Part shown: positions 1 to 15,000 of the stretch, piece after piece
How the letters are laid out: the number at the start of each line of letters is the position of its first letter
How positions within the stretch are numbered: the first letter of the stretch is position 1
The notes under the pieces: model-generated
Seen by the model: only the letters and a program-made list of their open reading frames with translations
The model's database searches: none
What the model was told of the DNA's origin: nothing
Program-made: the position numbers and the translations under genes
Assembly (NCBI GenBank): GCA_032718475.1
Contig: JAUCBJ010003075.1
Location: 1-64,000, forward strand
Source of the DNA: Nemertoderma westbladi
Lineage: Eukaryota; Animalia; Xenacoelomorpha
Length of the DNA: 64,000 nt
Direction: 5' to 3'

Positions 1-3000
1 GATACGGAACAGTGTCGCTTACCTGTGTTGTAACTGGAAACGGAACAGTGTCGCTTATCTGTGTTGTAACTGGTTACGGAACAGTGTCGCTTACCTGTGA
101 TGTAACTGATACGGAACAGTGTCGCTTACCTGTGTTGTAACTGATACGGAACAGTGTCGCTTACCTGTGTTGTAACTGATACGGAACAGTGTCGCTTACC
201 TGTGTTGTAACTGGAAACGGAACAGTGTCGCTTATCTGTGTTGTAACTGGTTACGGAACAGTGTCGCTTATCTGTGTTGTAACTGGTTACGGAACAGTGT
301 CGCTTACCTGTGTTGTAACTGGAGACGGAACAGTGTCGCTTACCTGTGTTGTAACTGATACGGAACTGTGTCGCTTACCTGTGTTGTAACTGGAGGCGCA
401 ACAGTGTCGCTTATCTGTGTTGTAACTGGAGGCGGAACAGTGTCTCTTACCTGTGTTGTAAATGGAGGCGCAACAGTGTCGCTTACCTGTGTTGTAACTG
501 ATACGGAACTGTGTCGCTTACCTGTGTTGTAACCGGTTACGGAACAGTGTCGCTTACCTGTGCTGTAACTGAGGCGGAACAGTGTCGCTTACCTGTGTTG
601 TAACTGGAGGCGCAACAGTGTCGCTTATCTGTGTTGTAACTGGAGGCGGAACAGTGTCTCTTACCTGTGTTGTAAATGGAGGCGCAACAGTGTCGCTTAC
701 CTGTGTTGTAACTGGTTACAGAACTGTGTCGCTTATCTGTGTTGTAACTGGTTACGGAACAGTGTCGCTTACCTGTGTTGTAACTGATACGGAACAGTGT
801 CGCTTACCTGTGTTGTAACCGGTTACGGAACAGTGTCGCTTACCTGTGCTGTAACTGAGGCGGAACAGTGTCGCTTACCTGTGTTGTAACTGGAGGCGCA
901 ACAGTGTCGCTTATCTGTGTTGTAACTGGAGGCGGAACAGTGTCTCTTACCTGTGTTGTAAATGGAGGCGCAACAGTGTCGCTTACCTGTGTTGTAACTG
1001 GTTACAGAACTGTGTCGCTTACCTGTGTTGTAACTGATACGGAACAGTGTCGCTTACCTGTGTTGTAACTGATACGGAACAGTGTCGCTTACCTGTGTTG
1101 TAACTGGTTACGGAACAGTGTCGCTTACCTGTTTTGTAACTGGAGGCGGAACAATGTCTCTTACCTGTGTTGTAAATGGAGGCGGAACAGTGTCTCTTAC
1201 CTGTGTTGTAAATGGAGGCGGAACAGTGTCGCATACCTGTGTTGTAACTGGAGACGGAACAGTGTCGCTTACCTGTGTTGTAACTGGAGACGGAACAGTG
1301 TCGCTTACCTGTGTTGTAACTGGAGACGGAACAGTGTCGCTTACCTGTGTTGTAACTGGAGACGGAACAGTGTCGCTTACCTGTGTTGTAACTGGAGACG
1401 GAACAGTGTCGCTTACCTGTGTTGTAACTGGAGACGGAACAGTGTCGCTTACCTGTGTTGTAACTGGAGACGGAACAGTGTCGCTTACCTATGTTGTAAC
1501 TGGAGACGGAACTGTGTCGCTTACCTATGTTGTAACTGATACGGAACAGTGTCGCTTACCTGTGTTGTAACTGGTTACGGAACAGTGTCGCTTACCTGTG
1601 TTGTAACTGGAGACGGAACAGTGTCGCTTACCTGTGTTGTAACTGGAGACGGAACAGTGTCGCTTAGCTGTGTTGTAACTGGAAACGGAACAGTGTCGCT
1701 TACCTGTGTTGTAACTGGAGATGGAACAGTGTCGCTTACCTGTGTTGTAACTGATACGGAACTGTGTCGCTTACCTGTGTTGTAACTGGTTACGGAACAG
1801 TGTCGCTTACCTGTGTTGTAACTGGAGACGGAACAGTGTCGCTTACCTGTGTTGTAACTGGAGACGGAACAGTGTCGCTTACCTGTGTTGTAACTGGAGA
1901 CGGAACAGTGTCGCTTACCTATGTTGTAACTGATACGGAACAGTGTCGCTTACCTGTGTTGTTACTGGTTACGGAACAGTGTCGCTTACCTGTGTTGTAA
2001 CTGGAGACGGAACAGTGTCGCTTACCTGTGTTGTAACTGGATACGGAACAGTGCCGCTTACCTGCGTTGTAACTGATACGGAACAGTGTCGCTTACCTGC
2101 GTTGTAACCGGAGACGGAACAGTGTCGCTTACCTGTGTTGTAACTGGAGACGGAACAGTGTCGCTTACCTGTGTTGTAACTGGATACGGAACAGTGCCGC
2201 TTACCTGTGTTGTAACTGATACGGAACAGTGTCGCTTACCTGTGTTGTAACTGATACGGAACTGTGTCGCTTACCTGTGTTGTAACTGGTTACGGAACAG
2301 TGTCGCTTACCTGTGTTGTAACTGGAGACGGAACAGTGTCGCTTACCTACGTTGTAACCGATACGGAACAGTGTCGCTTACCTACGTTGTAACTGGAGAC
2401 GGAACAGTGTCGTTTACCTGTGTTGTAACCGATACGGAACAGTGTCGCTTACCTGTGTTGTAACCGATACGGAACAGTGTCGCTTACCTGTGTTGTAACT
2501 GATACGGAACAGTGTCGCTTACCTGTGTTGTAACTGGAGACGGAACAGTGTCGCTTACCTGTGTTGTAACTGATACGGAACAGTGTCGCTTACCTGTGTT
2601 GTAACTGATACGGAACTGTGTCGCTTACCTGTGTTGTAACTGGAGACGGAACAGTGTCGCTTACCTGTGTTGTAACTGGAGACGGAACAGTGTCGCTTAC
2701 CTGTGTTGTAACTGAGACGGAACAGTGTCGCTTACCTGTGTTGTAACTGATACGGAACAGTGTCGCTTACCTGTGTTGTAACTGATACGGAACAGTGTCG
2801 CTTACCTGTGTTGTAACTGGATACGGAACAGTGTCGCTTACCTGTGTTGTAACTGGAGACGGAACAGTGTCGCTTACCTGTGTTGTAACTGATACGGAAC
2901 AGTGTCGCTTACCTATGTTGTAACTGATACGGAACAGTGTCGCTTACCTGTGTTGTAACTGGAGACGGAACAGTGTCGCTTACCTGTGTTGTAACTGGAT

Positions 3001-6000
3001 ACGGAACAGTGTCGCTTACCTGTGTTGTAACTGGAGACGGAACAGTGTCGCTTACCTGTGTTGTAACTGGAGACGGAACAGTGTCGCTTACCTATGTTGT
3101 AACTGATACGGAACAGTGTCGCTTACCTGTGTTGTAACTGGAGACGGAACAGTGTCGCTTACCTGTGTTGTAACTGGATACGGAACAGTGTCGCTTACCT
3201 GTGTTGTAACTGGAGACGGAACAGTGTCGCTTACCTGTGTTGTAACTGATACGGAACAGTGTCGCTTACCTGTGTTGTAACTGATACGGAACAGTGTCGC
3301 TTACCTACGTTGTAACCGATACGGAACAGTGTCGCTTACCTACGTTGTAACCGATACGGAACAGTGTCGCTTACCTGTGTTGTAACTGGAGACGGAACAG
3401 TGTCGCTTACCTGTGTTGTAACTGATACGGAACAGTGTCGCTTACCTGTGTTGTAACTGATACGGAACAGTGTCGCTTACCTACGTTGTAACCGATACGG
3501 AACAGTGTCGCTTACCTGTGTTGTAACTGATACGGAACAGTGTCGCTTACCTACGTTGTAACCGATACGGAACAGTGTCGCTTACCTGTGTTGTAACTGG
3601 AGACGGAACAGTGTCGCTTACCTGTGTTGTAACTGATACGGAACAGTGTCGCTTACCTACGTTGTAACCGATACGGAACAGTGTCGCTTACCTACGTTGT
3701 AACCGATACGGAACAGTGTCGCTTACCTACGTTGTAACCGATACGGAACAGTGTCGCTTACCTGTGTTGTAACTGGAGACGGAACAGTGTCGCTTACCTG
3801 TGTTGTAACTGGTTACGGAACAGTGTCGCTTACCTGTGTTGTAACTGGTTACGGAACAGTGTCGCTTACCTGTGTTGTAACTGGATACGGAACAGTGTCG
3901 CTTACCTATGTTGTAACTGATACGGAACAGTGTCGCTTACCTGTGTTGTAACTGGAGACGGAACAGTGTCGCTTACCTGTGTTGTAACTGGAGACGGAAC
4001 AGTGTCGCTTACCTGTGTTGTTACTGGAAACGGAACAGTGTCGCTTACCTGTGTTGTAACTGGAGACGGAACAGTGTCGCTTACCTGTGTTGTAACCGAT
4101 ACGGAACAGTGTCGCTTACCTGTGTTGTAACTGGAGACGGAACAGTGTCGCTTACCTACGTTGTAACCGATACGGAACAGTGTCGCTTACCTACGTTGTA
4201 ACCGATACGGAACAGTGTCGCTTACCTGTGTTGTAACTGGAGACGGAACAGTGTCGCTTACCTGTGTTGTAACTGGAGACGGAACCGTGTCGCTTACCTG
4301 TGTTGTAACTGATACGGAACAGTGTCGCTTACCTACGTTGTAACCGATACGGAACAGTGTCGCTTACCTGTGTTGTAACTGGAGACGGAACAGTGTCGCT
4401 TACCTGTGTTGTAACTGATACGGAACAGTGTCGCTTACCTACGTTGTAACCGATACGGAACAGTGTCGCTTACCTACGTTGTAACCGATACGGAACAGTG
4501 TCGCTTACCTGTGTTGTAACTGGAGACGGAACAGTGTCGCTTACCTGTGTTGTAACTGGAGACGGAACCGTGTCGCTTACCTGTGTTGTAACTGGAGACG
4601 GAACAGTGTCGCTTACCTGTGTTGTAACTGGAGACGGAACAGTGTCGCTTACCTGTGTTGTAACTGATACGGAACAGTGTCGCTTACCTACGTTGTAACC
4701 GATACGGAACAGTGTCGCTTACCTACGTTGTAACCGATACGGAACAGTGTCGCTTACCTGTGTTGTAACTGGTTACGGAACAGTGTCGCTTACCTGTGTT
4801 GTAACTGGAGACGGAACAGTGTCGCTTACCTGTGTTGTAACTGATACGGAACAGTGTCGCTTACCTACGTTGTAACCGATACGGAACAGTGTCGCTTACC
4901 TACGTTGTAACCGATACGGAACAGTGTCGCTTACCTGTGTTGTAACTGGTTACGGAACAGTGTCGCTTACCTGTGTTGTAACTGGAGACGGAACAGTGTC
5001 GCTTACCTGTGTTGTAACTGGAGACGGAACCGTGTCGCTTACCTGTGTTGTAACTGATACGGAACAGTGTCGCTTACCTACGTTGTAACCGATACGGAAC
5101 AGTGTCGCTTACCTGTGTTGTAACTGGAGACGGAACAGTGTCGCTTACCTGTGTTGTAACTGATACGGAACAGTGTCGCTTACCTACGTTGTAACCGATA
5201 CGGAACAGTGTCGCTTACCTACGTTGTAACCGATACGGAACAGTGTCGCTTACCTGTGTTGTAACTGGAGACGGAACAGTGTCGCTTACCTGTGTTGTAA
5301 CTGGAGACGGAACCGTGTCGCTTACCTACGTTGTAACCGATACGGAACAGTGTCGCTTACCTACGTTGTAACCGATACGGAACAGTGTCGCTTACCTGTG
5401 TTGTAACTGGAGACGGAACAGTGTCGCTTACCTACGTTGTAACCGATACGGAACAGTGTCGCTTACCTACGTTGTAACTGGAGACGGAACAGTGTCGCTT
5501 ACCTGTGTTGTTACTGGTTTACGGAACAGTGTCGCTTACCTGTGTTGTAACTGGAGACGGAACAGTGTCGCTTACCTGTGTTGTAACTGGAGACGGAACA
5601 GTGTCGCTTACCTGTGTTGTAACTGGAGACGGAACAGTGTCGCTTACCTGTTTTGTAACTGAGACGGAACAGTGTCGCTTACCTGTGTTGTAACTGGAGA
5701 CGGAACCGTGTCGCTTACCTGTGTTGTAACTGGAGACGGAACAGTGTCGCTTACCTGTGTTGTAACTGGATACGGAACAGTGTCGCTTACCTGTGTTGTA
5801 ACTGGAGACGGAACAGTGTCGCTTACCTGTGTTGTAACTGGAGACGGAACCGTGTCGCTTACCTACGTTGTAACCGATACGGAACAGTGTCGCTTACCTA
5901 CGTTGTAACCGATACGGAACAGTGTCGCTTACCTGTGTTGTAACTGGAGACGGAACAGTGTCGCTTACCTGTGTTGTAACTGGAGACGGAACAGTGTCGC

Positions 6001-9000
6001 TTACCTGTGTTGTAACTGGAGACGGAACAGTGTCGCTTACCTGTGTTGTAACTGGATACGGAACAGTGTCGCTTACCTGTGTTGTAACTGGAGACGGAAC
6101 AGTGTCGCTTACCTACGTTGTAACCGATACGGAACAGTGTCGCTTACCTACGTTGTAACCGATACGGAACAGTGTCGCTTACCTACGTTGTAACCGATAC
6201 GGAACAGTGTCGCTTACCTGTGTTGTAACTGGAGACGGAACAGTGTCGCTTACCTACGTTGTAACCGATACGGAACAGTGTCGCTTACCTGTGTTGTAAC
6301 TGGATACGGAACAGTGTCGCTTACCTACGTTGTAACCGATACGGAACAGTGTCGCTTACCTGTGTTGTAACTGGAGACGGAACAGTGTCGCTTACCTGTG
6401 TTGTAACTGGAGACGGAACAGTGTCGCTTACCTGTGTTGTAACTGGAGACGGAACAGTGTCGCTTACCTGTGTTGTAACTGGAGACGGAACAGTGTCGCT
6501 TACCTGTGTTGTAACTGATACGGAACAGTGTCGCTTACCTACGTTGTAACCGATACGGAACAGTGTCGCTTACCTGTGTTGTAACCGATACGGAACAGTG
6601 TCGCTTACCTGTGTTGTAACTGATACGGAACAGTGTCGCTTACCTGTGTTGTAACTGGAGACGGAACAGTGTCGCTTACCTGTGTTGTAACTGGAGACGG
6701 AACAGTGTCGCTTACCTGTGTTGTAACTGATACGGAACCGTGTCGCTTACCTACGTTGTAACCGATACGGAACAGTGTCGCTTACCTACGTTGTAACTGA
6801 TACGGAACAGTGTCGCTTACCTACGTTGTAACCGATACGGAACAGTGTCGCTTACCTACGTTGTAACTGGAGACGGAACAGTGTCGCTTACCTACGTTGT
6901 AACTGGAGACGGAACAGTGTCGCTTACCTGTGTTGTAACTGATACGGAACAGTGTCGCTTACCTGTGTTGTAACTGGAGACGGAACAGTGTCGCTTACCT
7001 GTGTTGTAACTGATACGGAACAGTGTCGCTTACCTGTGTTGTAACTGATACGGAACTGTGTCGCTTACCTGTGTTGTAACTGGAGACGGAACAGTGTCGC
7101 TTACCTGTGTTGTAACTGGAGACGGAACAGTGTCGCTTACCTGTGTTGTAACTGATACGGAACAGTGTCGCTTACCTGTGTTGTAACCGATACGGAACAG
7201 TGTCGCTTACCTACGTTGTAACTGGAGACGGAACAGTGTCGTTTACCTGTGTTGTAACTGATACGGAACAGTGTCGCTTACCTGTTTTGTAACTGGAGAC
7301 GGAACAGTGTCGCTTACCTGTGTTGTAACTGGAGACGGAACAGTGTCGCTTACCTGTGTTGTAACTGGATACGGAACAGTGTCGCTTACCTACGTTGTAA
7401 CCGATACGGAACAGTGTCGCTTACCTACGTTGTAACCGATACGGAACAGTGTCGCTTACCTACGTTGTAACTGGAGACGGAACAGTGTCGTTTACCTGTG
7501 GTGTAACTGATACGGAACAGTGTCGCTTACCTGTTTTGTAACTGGAGACGGAACAGTGTCGCTTACCTGTGTTGTAACTGATACGGAACAGTGTCGCTTA
7601 CCTGTGTTGTAACCGATACGGAACAGTGTCGCTTACCTACGTTGTAACCGATACGGAACAGTGTCGCTTACCTACGTTGTAACCGATACGGAACAGTGTC
7701 GCTTACCTGTGTTGTAACTGGATACGGAACAGTGTCGCTTACCTGTGTTGTAACTGGAGACGGAACAGTGTCGCTTACCTGTGTTGTAACTGGATACGGA
7801 ACAGTGTCGCTTACCTACGTTGTAACCGATACGGAACAGTGTCGCTTACCTACGTTGTAACCGATACGGAACAGTGTCGCTTACCTACGTTGTAACTGGA
7901 GACGGAACAGTGTCGTTTACCTGTGTTGTAACTGATACGGAACAGTGTCGCTTACCTGTGTTGTAACTGATACGGAACAGTGTCGCTTACCTGTGTTGTA
8001 ACTGATACGGAACAGTGTCGCTTACCTACGTTGTAACTGATACGGAACAGTGTCGCTTACCTACGTTGTAACCGATACGGAACAGTGTCGCTTACCTACG
8101 TTGTAACCGATACGGAACAGTGTCGCTTACCTGTGTTGTAACTGGAGACGGAACAGTGTCGCTTACCTGTGTTGTAACTGATACGGAACAGTGTCGCTTA
8201 CCTGTGTTGTAACTGGTTACGGAACAGTGTCGCTTACCTGTGTTGTAACTGGAGACGGAACAGTGTCGCTTACCTGTGTTGTAACTGGATACGGAACAGT
8301 GTCGCTTACCTACGTTGTAACCGATACGGAACAGTGTCGCTTACCTACGTTGTAACTGGAGACGGAACAGTGTCGTTTACCTGTGTTGTAACTGATACGG
8401 AACAGTGTCGCTTACCTGTGTTCTAACTGGAGGCGGAACAGTGTCGCTTACCTGTGTTGTAACTGGTTACGGAACAGTGTCGCTTACCTACGTTGTAACC
8501 GATACGGAACAGTGTCGCTTACCTACGTTGTAACCGATACGGAACAGTGTCGCTTACCTGTGTTGTAACTGGAGACGGAACAGTGTCGCTTACCTGTGTT
8601 GTAACTGGAGACGGAACAGTGTCGCTTACCTACGTTGTAACTGGAGACGGAACAGTGTCGCTTACCTACGTTGTAACCGATACGGAACAGTGTCGCTTAC
8701 CTACGTTGTAACCGATACGGAACAGTGTCGCTTACCTACGTTGTAACTGGAGACGGAACAGTGTCGCTTACCTGTGTTGTAACTGGAGACGGAACAGTGT
8801 CGCTTACCTACGTTGTAACTGGAGACGGAACAGTGTCGTTTACCTGTGTTGTAACTGGAGACGGAACAGTGTCGCTTACCTACGTTGTAACCGATACGGA
8901 ACAGTGTCGCTTACCTACGTTGTAACCGATACGGAACAGTGTCGCTTACCTACGTTGTAACTGGAGACGGAACAGTGTCGTTTACCTACGTTGTAACCGA

Positions 9001-12000
9001 TACGGAACAGTGTCGCTTACCTACGTTGTAACCGATACGGAACAGTGTCGCTTACCTACGTTGTAACCGATACGGAACAGTGTCGCTTACCTACGTTGTA
9101 ACTGGAGACGGAACAGTGTCGTTTACCTACGTTGTAACCGATACGGAACAGTGTCGCTTACCTGTGTTGTAACTGATACGGAACAGTGTCGCTTACCTGT
9201 GTTGTAACCGATACGGAACAGTGTCGCTTACCTACGTTGTAACCGATACGGAACAGTGTCGCTTACCTGTGTTGTAACTGGAGACGGAACATTGTCGCTT
9301 ACCTGTGTTGTAACTGGTTACGGAACAGTGTCGCTTACCTGTGTTGTAACTGGAGACGGAACAGTGTCGCTTACCTGTGTTGTAACTGGAGACGGAACAG
9401 TGTCGTTTACCTACGTTGTAACCGATACGGAACAGTGTCGCTTACCTGTGTTGTAACTGATACGGAACAGTGTCGCTTACCTGTGTTGTAACCGATACGG
9501 AACAGTGTCGCTTACCTACGTTGTAACCGATACGGAACAGTGTCGCTTACCTGTGTTGTAACTGGAGACGGAACATTGTCGCTTACCTGTGTTGTAACTG
9601 GTTACGGAACAGTGTCGCTTACCTGTGTTGTAACTGGAGACGGAACAGTGTCGCTTACCTGTGTTGTAACTGGATACGGAACAGTGTCGCTTACCTACGT
9701 TGTAACCGATACGGAACAGTGTCGCTTACCTACGTTGTAACTGATACGGAACAGTGTCGCTTACCTACGTTGTAACTGATACGGAACAGTGTCGCTTACC
9801 TACGTTGTAACCGATACGGAACAGTGTCGCTTACCTACGTTGTAACCAATACGGAACAGTGTCGCTTACCTACGTTGTAACCGATACGGAACAGTGTCGC
9901 TTACCTACGTTGTAACCGATACGGAACAGTGTCGCTTACCTGTGTTGTAACTGGAGACGGAACATTGTCGCTTACCTGTGTTGTAACTGGTTACGGAACA
10001 GTGTCGCTTACCTGTGTTGTAACTGGAGACGGAACAGTGTCGCTTACCTGTGTTGTAACTGGATACGGAACAGTGTCGCTTACCTACGTTGTAACCGATA
10101 CGGAACAGTGTCGCTTACCTGTGTTGTAACTGGAGACGGAACAGTGTCGCTTACCTACGTTGTAACCGATACGGAACAGTGTCGCTTACCTACGTTGTAA
10201 CTGGAGACGGAACAGTGTCGTTTACCTGTGTTGTAACTGATACGGAACAGTGTCGCTTACCTGTGTTGTAACTGATACGGAACAGTGTCGCTTACCTACG
10301 TTGTAACCGATACGGAACAGTGTCGCTTACCTACGTTGTAACCGATACGGAACAGTGTCGCTTACCTACGTTGTAACCGATACGGAACAGTGTCGCTTAC
10401 CTACGTTGTAACTGATACGGAACAGTGTCGCTTACCTGTTTTGTAACTGGAGACGGAACAGTGTCGCTTACCTGTGTTGTAACTGATACGGAACAGTGTC
10501 GCTTACCTGTGTTGTAACTGATACGGAACTGTGTCGCTTACCTGTGTTGTAACTGGAGACGGAACAGTGTCGCTTATCTGTGCTGTAACTGGAGACGGAA
10601 CAGTGTCGCTTACCTGTGTTGTAACCGATACGGAACAGTGTCGCTTACCTGTGTTGTAACTGGTTTCGGAACAGTGTCGCTTACCTGTGTTGTAACCGAT
10701 ACGGAACAGTGTCGCTTACCTACGTTGTAACTGGAGACGGAACAGTGTCGTTTACCTGTGTTGTAACTGATACGGAACAGTGTCGCTTACCTGTTTTGTA
10801 ACTGGAGACGGAACAGTGTCGCTTACCTGTGTTGTAACTGATACGGAACAGTGTCGCTTACCTGTGTTGTAACTGATACGGAACTGTGTCGCTTACCTGT
10901 GTTGTAACTGGAGACGGAACAGTGTCGCTTATCTGTGCTGTAACTGGAGACGGAACAGTGTCGCTTATCTGTGCTGTAACTGGAGACGGAACAGTGTCGC
11001 TTACCTGTGTTGTAACCGATACGGAACAGTGTCGCTTACCTGTGTTGTAACTGGTTTCGGAACAGTGTCGCTTACCTGTGTTGTAACTGGAGACGGAACA
11101 GTGTCGCTTACCTACGTTGTAACCGATACGGAACAGTGTCGCTTACCTACGTTGTAACCGATACGGAACAGTGTCGCTTACCTGTGTTGTAACTGGAGAC
11201 GGAACAGTGTCGCTTACCTACGTTGTAACTGATACGGAACAGTGTCGCTTACCTGTGTTGTAACTGATACGGAACTGTGTCGCTTACCTGTGTTGTAACT
11301 GGAGACGGAACAGTGTCGCTTATCTGTGCTGTAACTGGAGACGGAACAGTGTCGCTTACCTGTGTTGTAACCGATACGGAACAGTGTCGCTTACCTGTGT
11401 TGTAACTGGTTTCGGAACAGTGTCGCTTACCTGTGTTGTAACTGATACGGAACAGTGTCGCTTACCTGTGTTGTAACTGGAGACGGAACAGTGTCGCTTA
11501 CCTGTGTTGTAACTGATACGGAACAGTGTCGCTTACCTACGTTGTAACCGATACGGAACAGTGTCGCTTACCTGTGTTGTAACTGGAGACGGAACAGTGT
11601 CGCTTATCTGTGCTGTAACTGGAGACGGAACAGTGTCGCTTACCTGTGTTGTAACCGATACGGAACAGTGTCGCTTACCTGTGTTGTAACTGGTTTCGGA
11701 ACAGTGTCGCTTACCTGTGTTGTAACTGATACGGAACAGTGTCGCTTACCTGTGTTGTAACTGGAGACGGAACAGTGTCGCTTACCTACGTTGTAACTGA
11801 TACGGAACAGTGTCGCTTACCTACGTTGTAACTGATACGGAACAGTGTCGCTTACCTGTGTTGTAACTGGAGACGGAACAGTGTCGCTTACCTACGTTGT
11901 AACCGATACGGAACAGTGTCGCTTACCTACGTTGTAACCGATACGGAACTGTGTCGCTTACCTGTGTTGTAACCGATACGGAACTGTGTCGCTTACCTGT

Positions 12001-15000
12001 GTTGTAACTGGAGACGGAACTGTGTCGCTTACCTGTGTTGTAACTGGATACGGAACAGTGTCGCTTACCTACGTTGTAACTGGAGACGGAACAGTGTCGC
12101 TTACCTGTGTTGTAACCGATACGGAACAGTGTCGCTTACCTGTGTTGTAACCGATACGGAACTGTGTCGCTTACCTGTGTTGTAACTGGAGACGGAACTG
12201 TGTCGCTTACCTGTGTTGTAACTGGATACGGAACAGTGTCGCTTACCTACGTTGTAACTGGAGACGGAACAGTGTCGTTTACCTGTGTTGTAACTGGATA
12301 CGGAACAGTGTCGCTTACCTACGTTGTAACTGGAGACGGAACAGTGTCGTTTACCTGTGTTGTAACTGGATACGGAACAGTGTCGCTTACCTACGTTGTA
12401 ACCGATACGGAACAGTGTCGCTTACCTGTGTTGTAACCGATACGGAACAGTGTCGCTTACCTGTGTTGTAACTGGAGACGGAACAGTGTCGCTTACCTAC
12501 GTTGTAACTGATACGGAACAGTGTCGCTTACCTACGTTGTAACCGATACGGAACAGTGTCGCTTACCTACGTTGTAACTGGAGACGGAACAGTGTCGTTT
12601 ACCTGTGTTGTAACTGGATACGGAACAGTGTCGCTTACCTACGTTGTAACTGGAGACGGAACAGTGTCGTTTACCTGTGTTGTAACTGGATACGGAACAG
12701 TGTCGCTTACCTGTGTTGTAACTATGGAGACGGAACAGTGTCGCTTACCTGTGTTGTAACCGATACGGAACAGTGTCGCTTACCTGTGTTGTAACTGGAG
12801 ACGGAACAGTGTCGCTTACCTACGTTGTAACTGATACGGAACAGTGTCGCTTACCTACGTTGTAACCGATACGGAACAGTGTCGCTTACCTGTGTTGTAA
12901 CTATGGAGACGGAACAGTGTCGCTTACCTGTGTTGTAACTGGAGACGGAACAGTGTCGCTTACCTGTGTTGTAACTGGAGACGGAACAGTGTCGCTTACC
13001 TGTGTTGTAACTGATACGGAACAGTGTCGCTTACCTGTGTTGTAACTGGTTACGGAACAGTGTCGCTTACCTGTGTTGTAACTGATACGGAACAGTGTCG
13101 CTTACCTGTGTTGTAACTGGAGACGGAACAGTGTCGCTTACCTGTGTTGTTACTGGTTTACGGAACTGTGTCGCTTACCTGTGTTGTAACTGGAGACGGA
13201 ACAGTGTCGCTTACCTACGTTGTAACTGATACGGAACAGTGTCGCTTACCTACGTTGTAACTGATACGGAACAGTGTCGCTTACCTGTGTTGTAACCGAT
13301 ACGGAACAGTGTGGCTTACCTGTGTTGTAACTGGAGACGGAACAGTGTCGCTTACCTGTGTTGTAACTGGAGACGGAACAGTGTCGCTTACCTGTGTTGT
13401 TACTGGTTTACGGAACTGTGTCGCTTACCTGTGTTGTAACTGGTTACGGAACAGTGTCGCTTACCTGTGTTGTAACTGATACGGAACAGTGTCGCTTACC
13501 TGTGTTGTAACTGGAGACGGAACAGTGTCGCTTACCTGTGTTGTTACTGGTTTACGGAACTGTGTCGCTTACCTACGTTGTAACTGGTTACGGAACAGTG
13601 TCGCTTACCTGTGTTGTAACTGGAGACGGAACAGTGTCGCTTACCTGTGTTGTAACTGGAGACGGAACAGTGTCGCTTACCTGTGTTGTAACTGGAGACG
13701 GAACAGTGTCGCTTACCTGTGTTGTAACTGGAGACGGAACAGTGTCGCTTACCTATGTTGTAACTGATACGGAACTGTGTCGCTTACCTATGTTGTAACT
13801 GATACGGAACAGTGTCGCTTACCTGTGTTGTAACTGGAGACGGAACAGTGTCGCTTACCTGTGTTGTTACTGGTTTACGGAACTGTGTCGCTTACCTGTG
13901 TTGTAACTGGTTACGGAACAGTGTCGCTTACCTGTGTTGTAACTGATACGGAACAGTGTCGCTTACCTGTGTTGTAACTGGAGACGGAACAGTGTCGCTT
14001 ACCTGTGTTGTTACTGGTTTACGGAACTGTGTCGCTTACCTGTGTTGTAACTGGAGACGGAACAGTGTCGCTTACCTACGTTGTAACTGATACGGAACAG
14101 TGTCGCTTACCTACGTTGTAACCGATACGGAACAGTGTCGCTTACCTACGTTGTAACCGATACGGAACAGTGTCGCTTACCTACGTTGTAACCGATACGG
14201 AACAGTGTCGCTTACCTACGTTGTAACCGATACGGAACAGTGTCGCTTACCTGTGTTGTAACCGATACGGAACAGTGTCGCTTACCTGTGTTGTAACTGG
14301 AGACGGAACAGTGTCGCTTACCTGTGTTGTAACTGGAGGCGAAACAGTGTCGCTTACCTGTGTTGTAACTGGAGACGGAACAGTGTCGCTTACCTGTGTT
14401 GTAACTGATACGGAACAGTGTCGCTTACCTGTGTTGTAACTGATACGGAACAGTGTCGCTTACCTACGTTGTAACCGATACGGAACAGTGTCGCTTACCT
14501 ACGTTGTAACCGATACGGAACAGTGTCGCTTACCTGTGTTGTAACTGGTTACGGAACAGTGTCGCTTACCTGTGTTGTAACTGGTTACGGAACAGTGTCG
14601 CTTACCTGTGTTGTAACTGATACGGAACCGTGTCGCTTACCTGTGTTGTAACTGGAGACGGAACAGTGTCGCTTACCTGTGTTGTAACTGGAGACGGAAC
14701 AGTGTCGCTTACCTACGTTGTAACCGATACGGAACAGTGTCGCTTACCTACGTTGTAACCGATACGGAACAGTGTCGCTTACCTGTGTTGTAACTGGAGA
14801 CGGAACAGTGTCGCTTACCTACGTTGTAACCGATACGGAACAGTGTCGCTTACCTGTGTTGTAACTGGAGACGGAACTGTGTCGCTTACCTGTGTTGTAA
14901 CTGGAGACGGAACAGTGTCGCTTACCTGTGTTGTAACTGGAGACGGAACAGTGTCGCTTACCTGTGTTGTAACTGGAGGCGGAACAGTGTCGCTTACCTG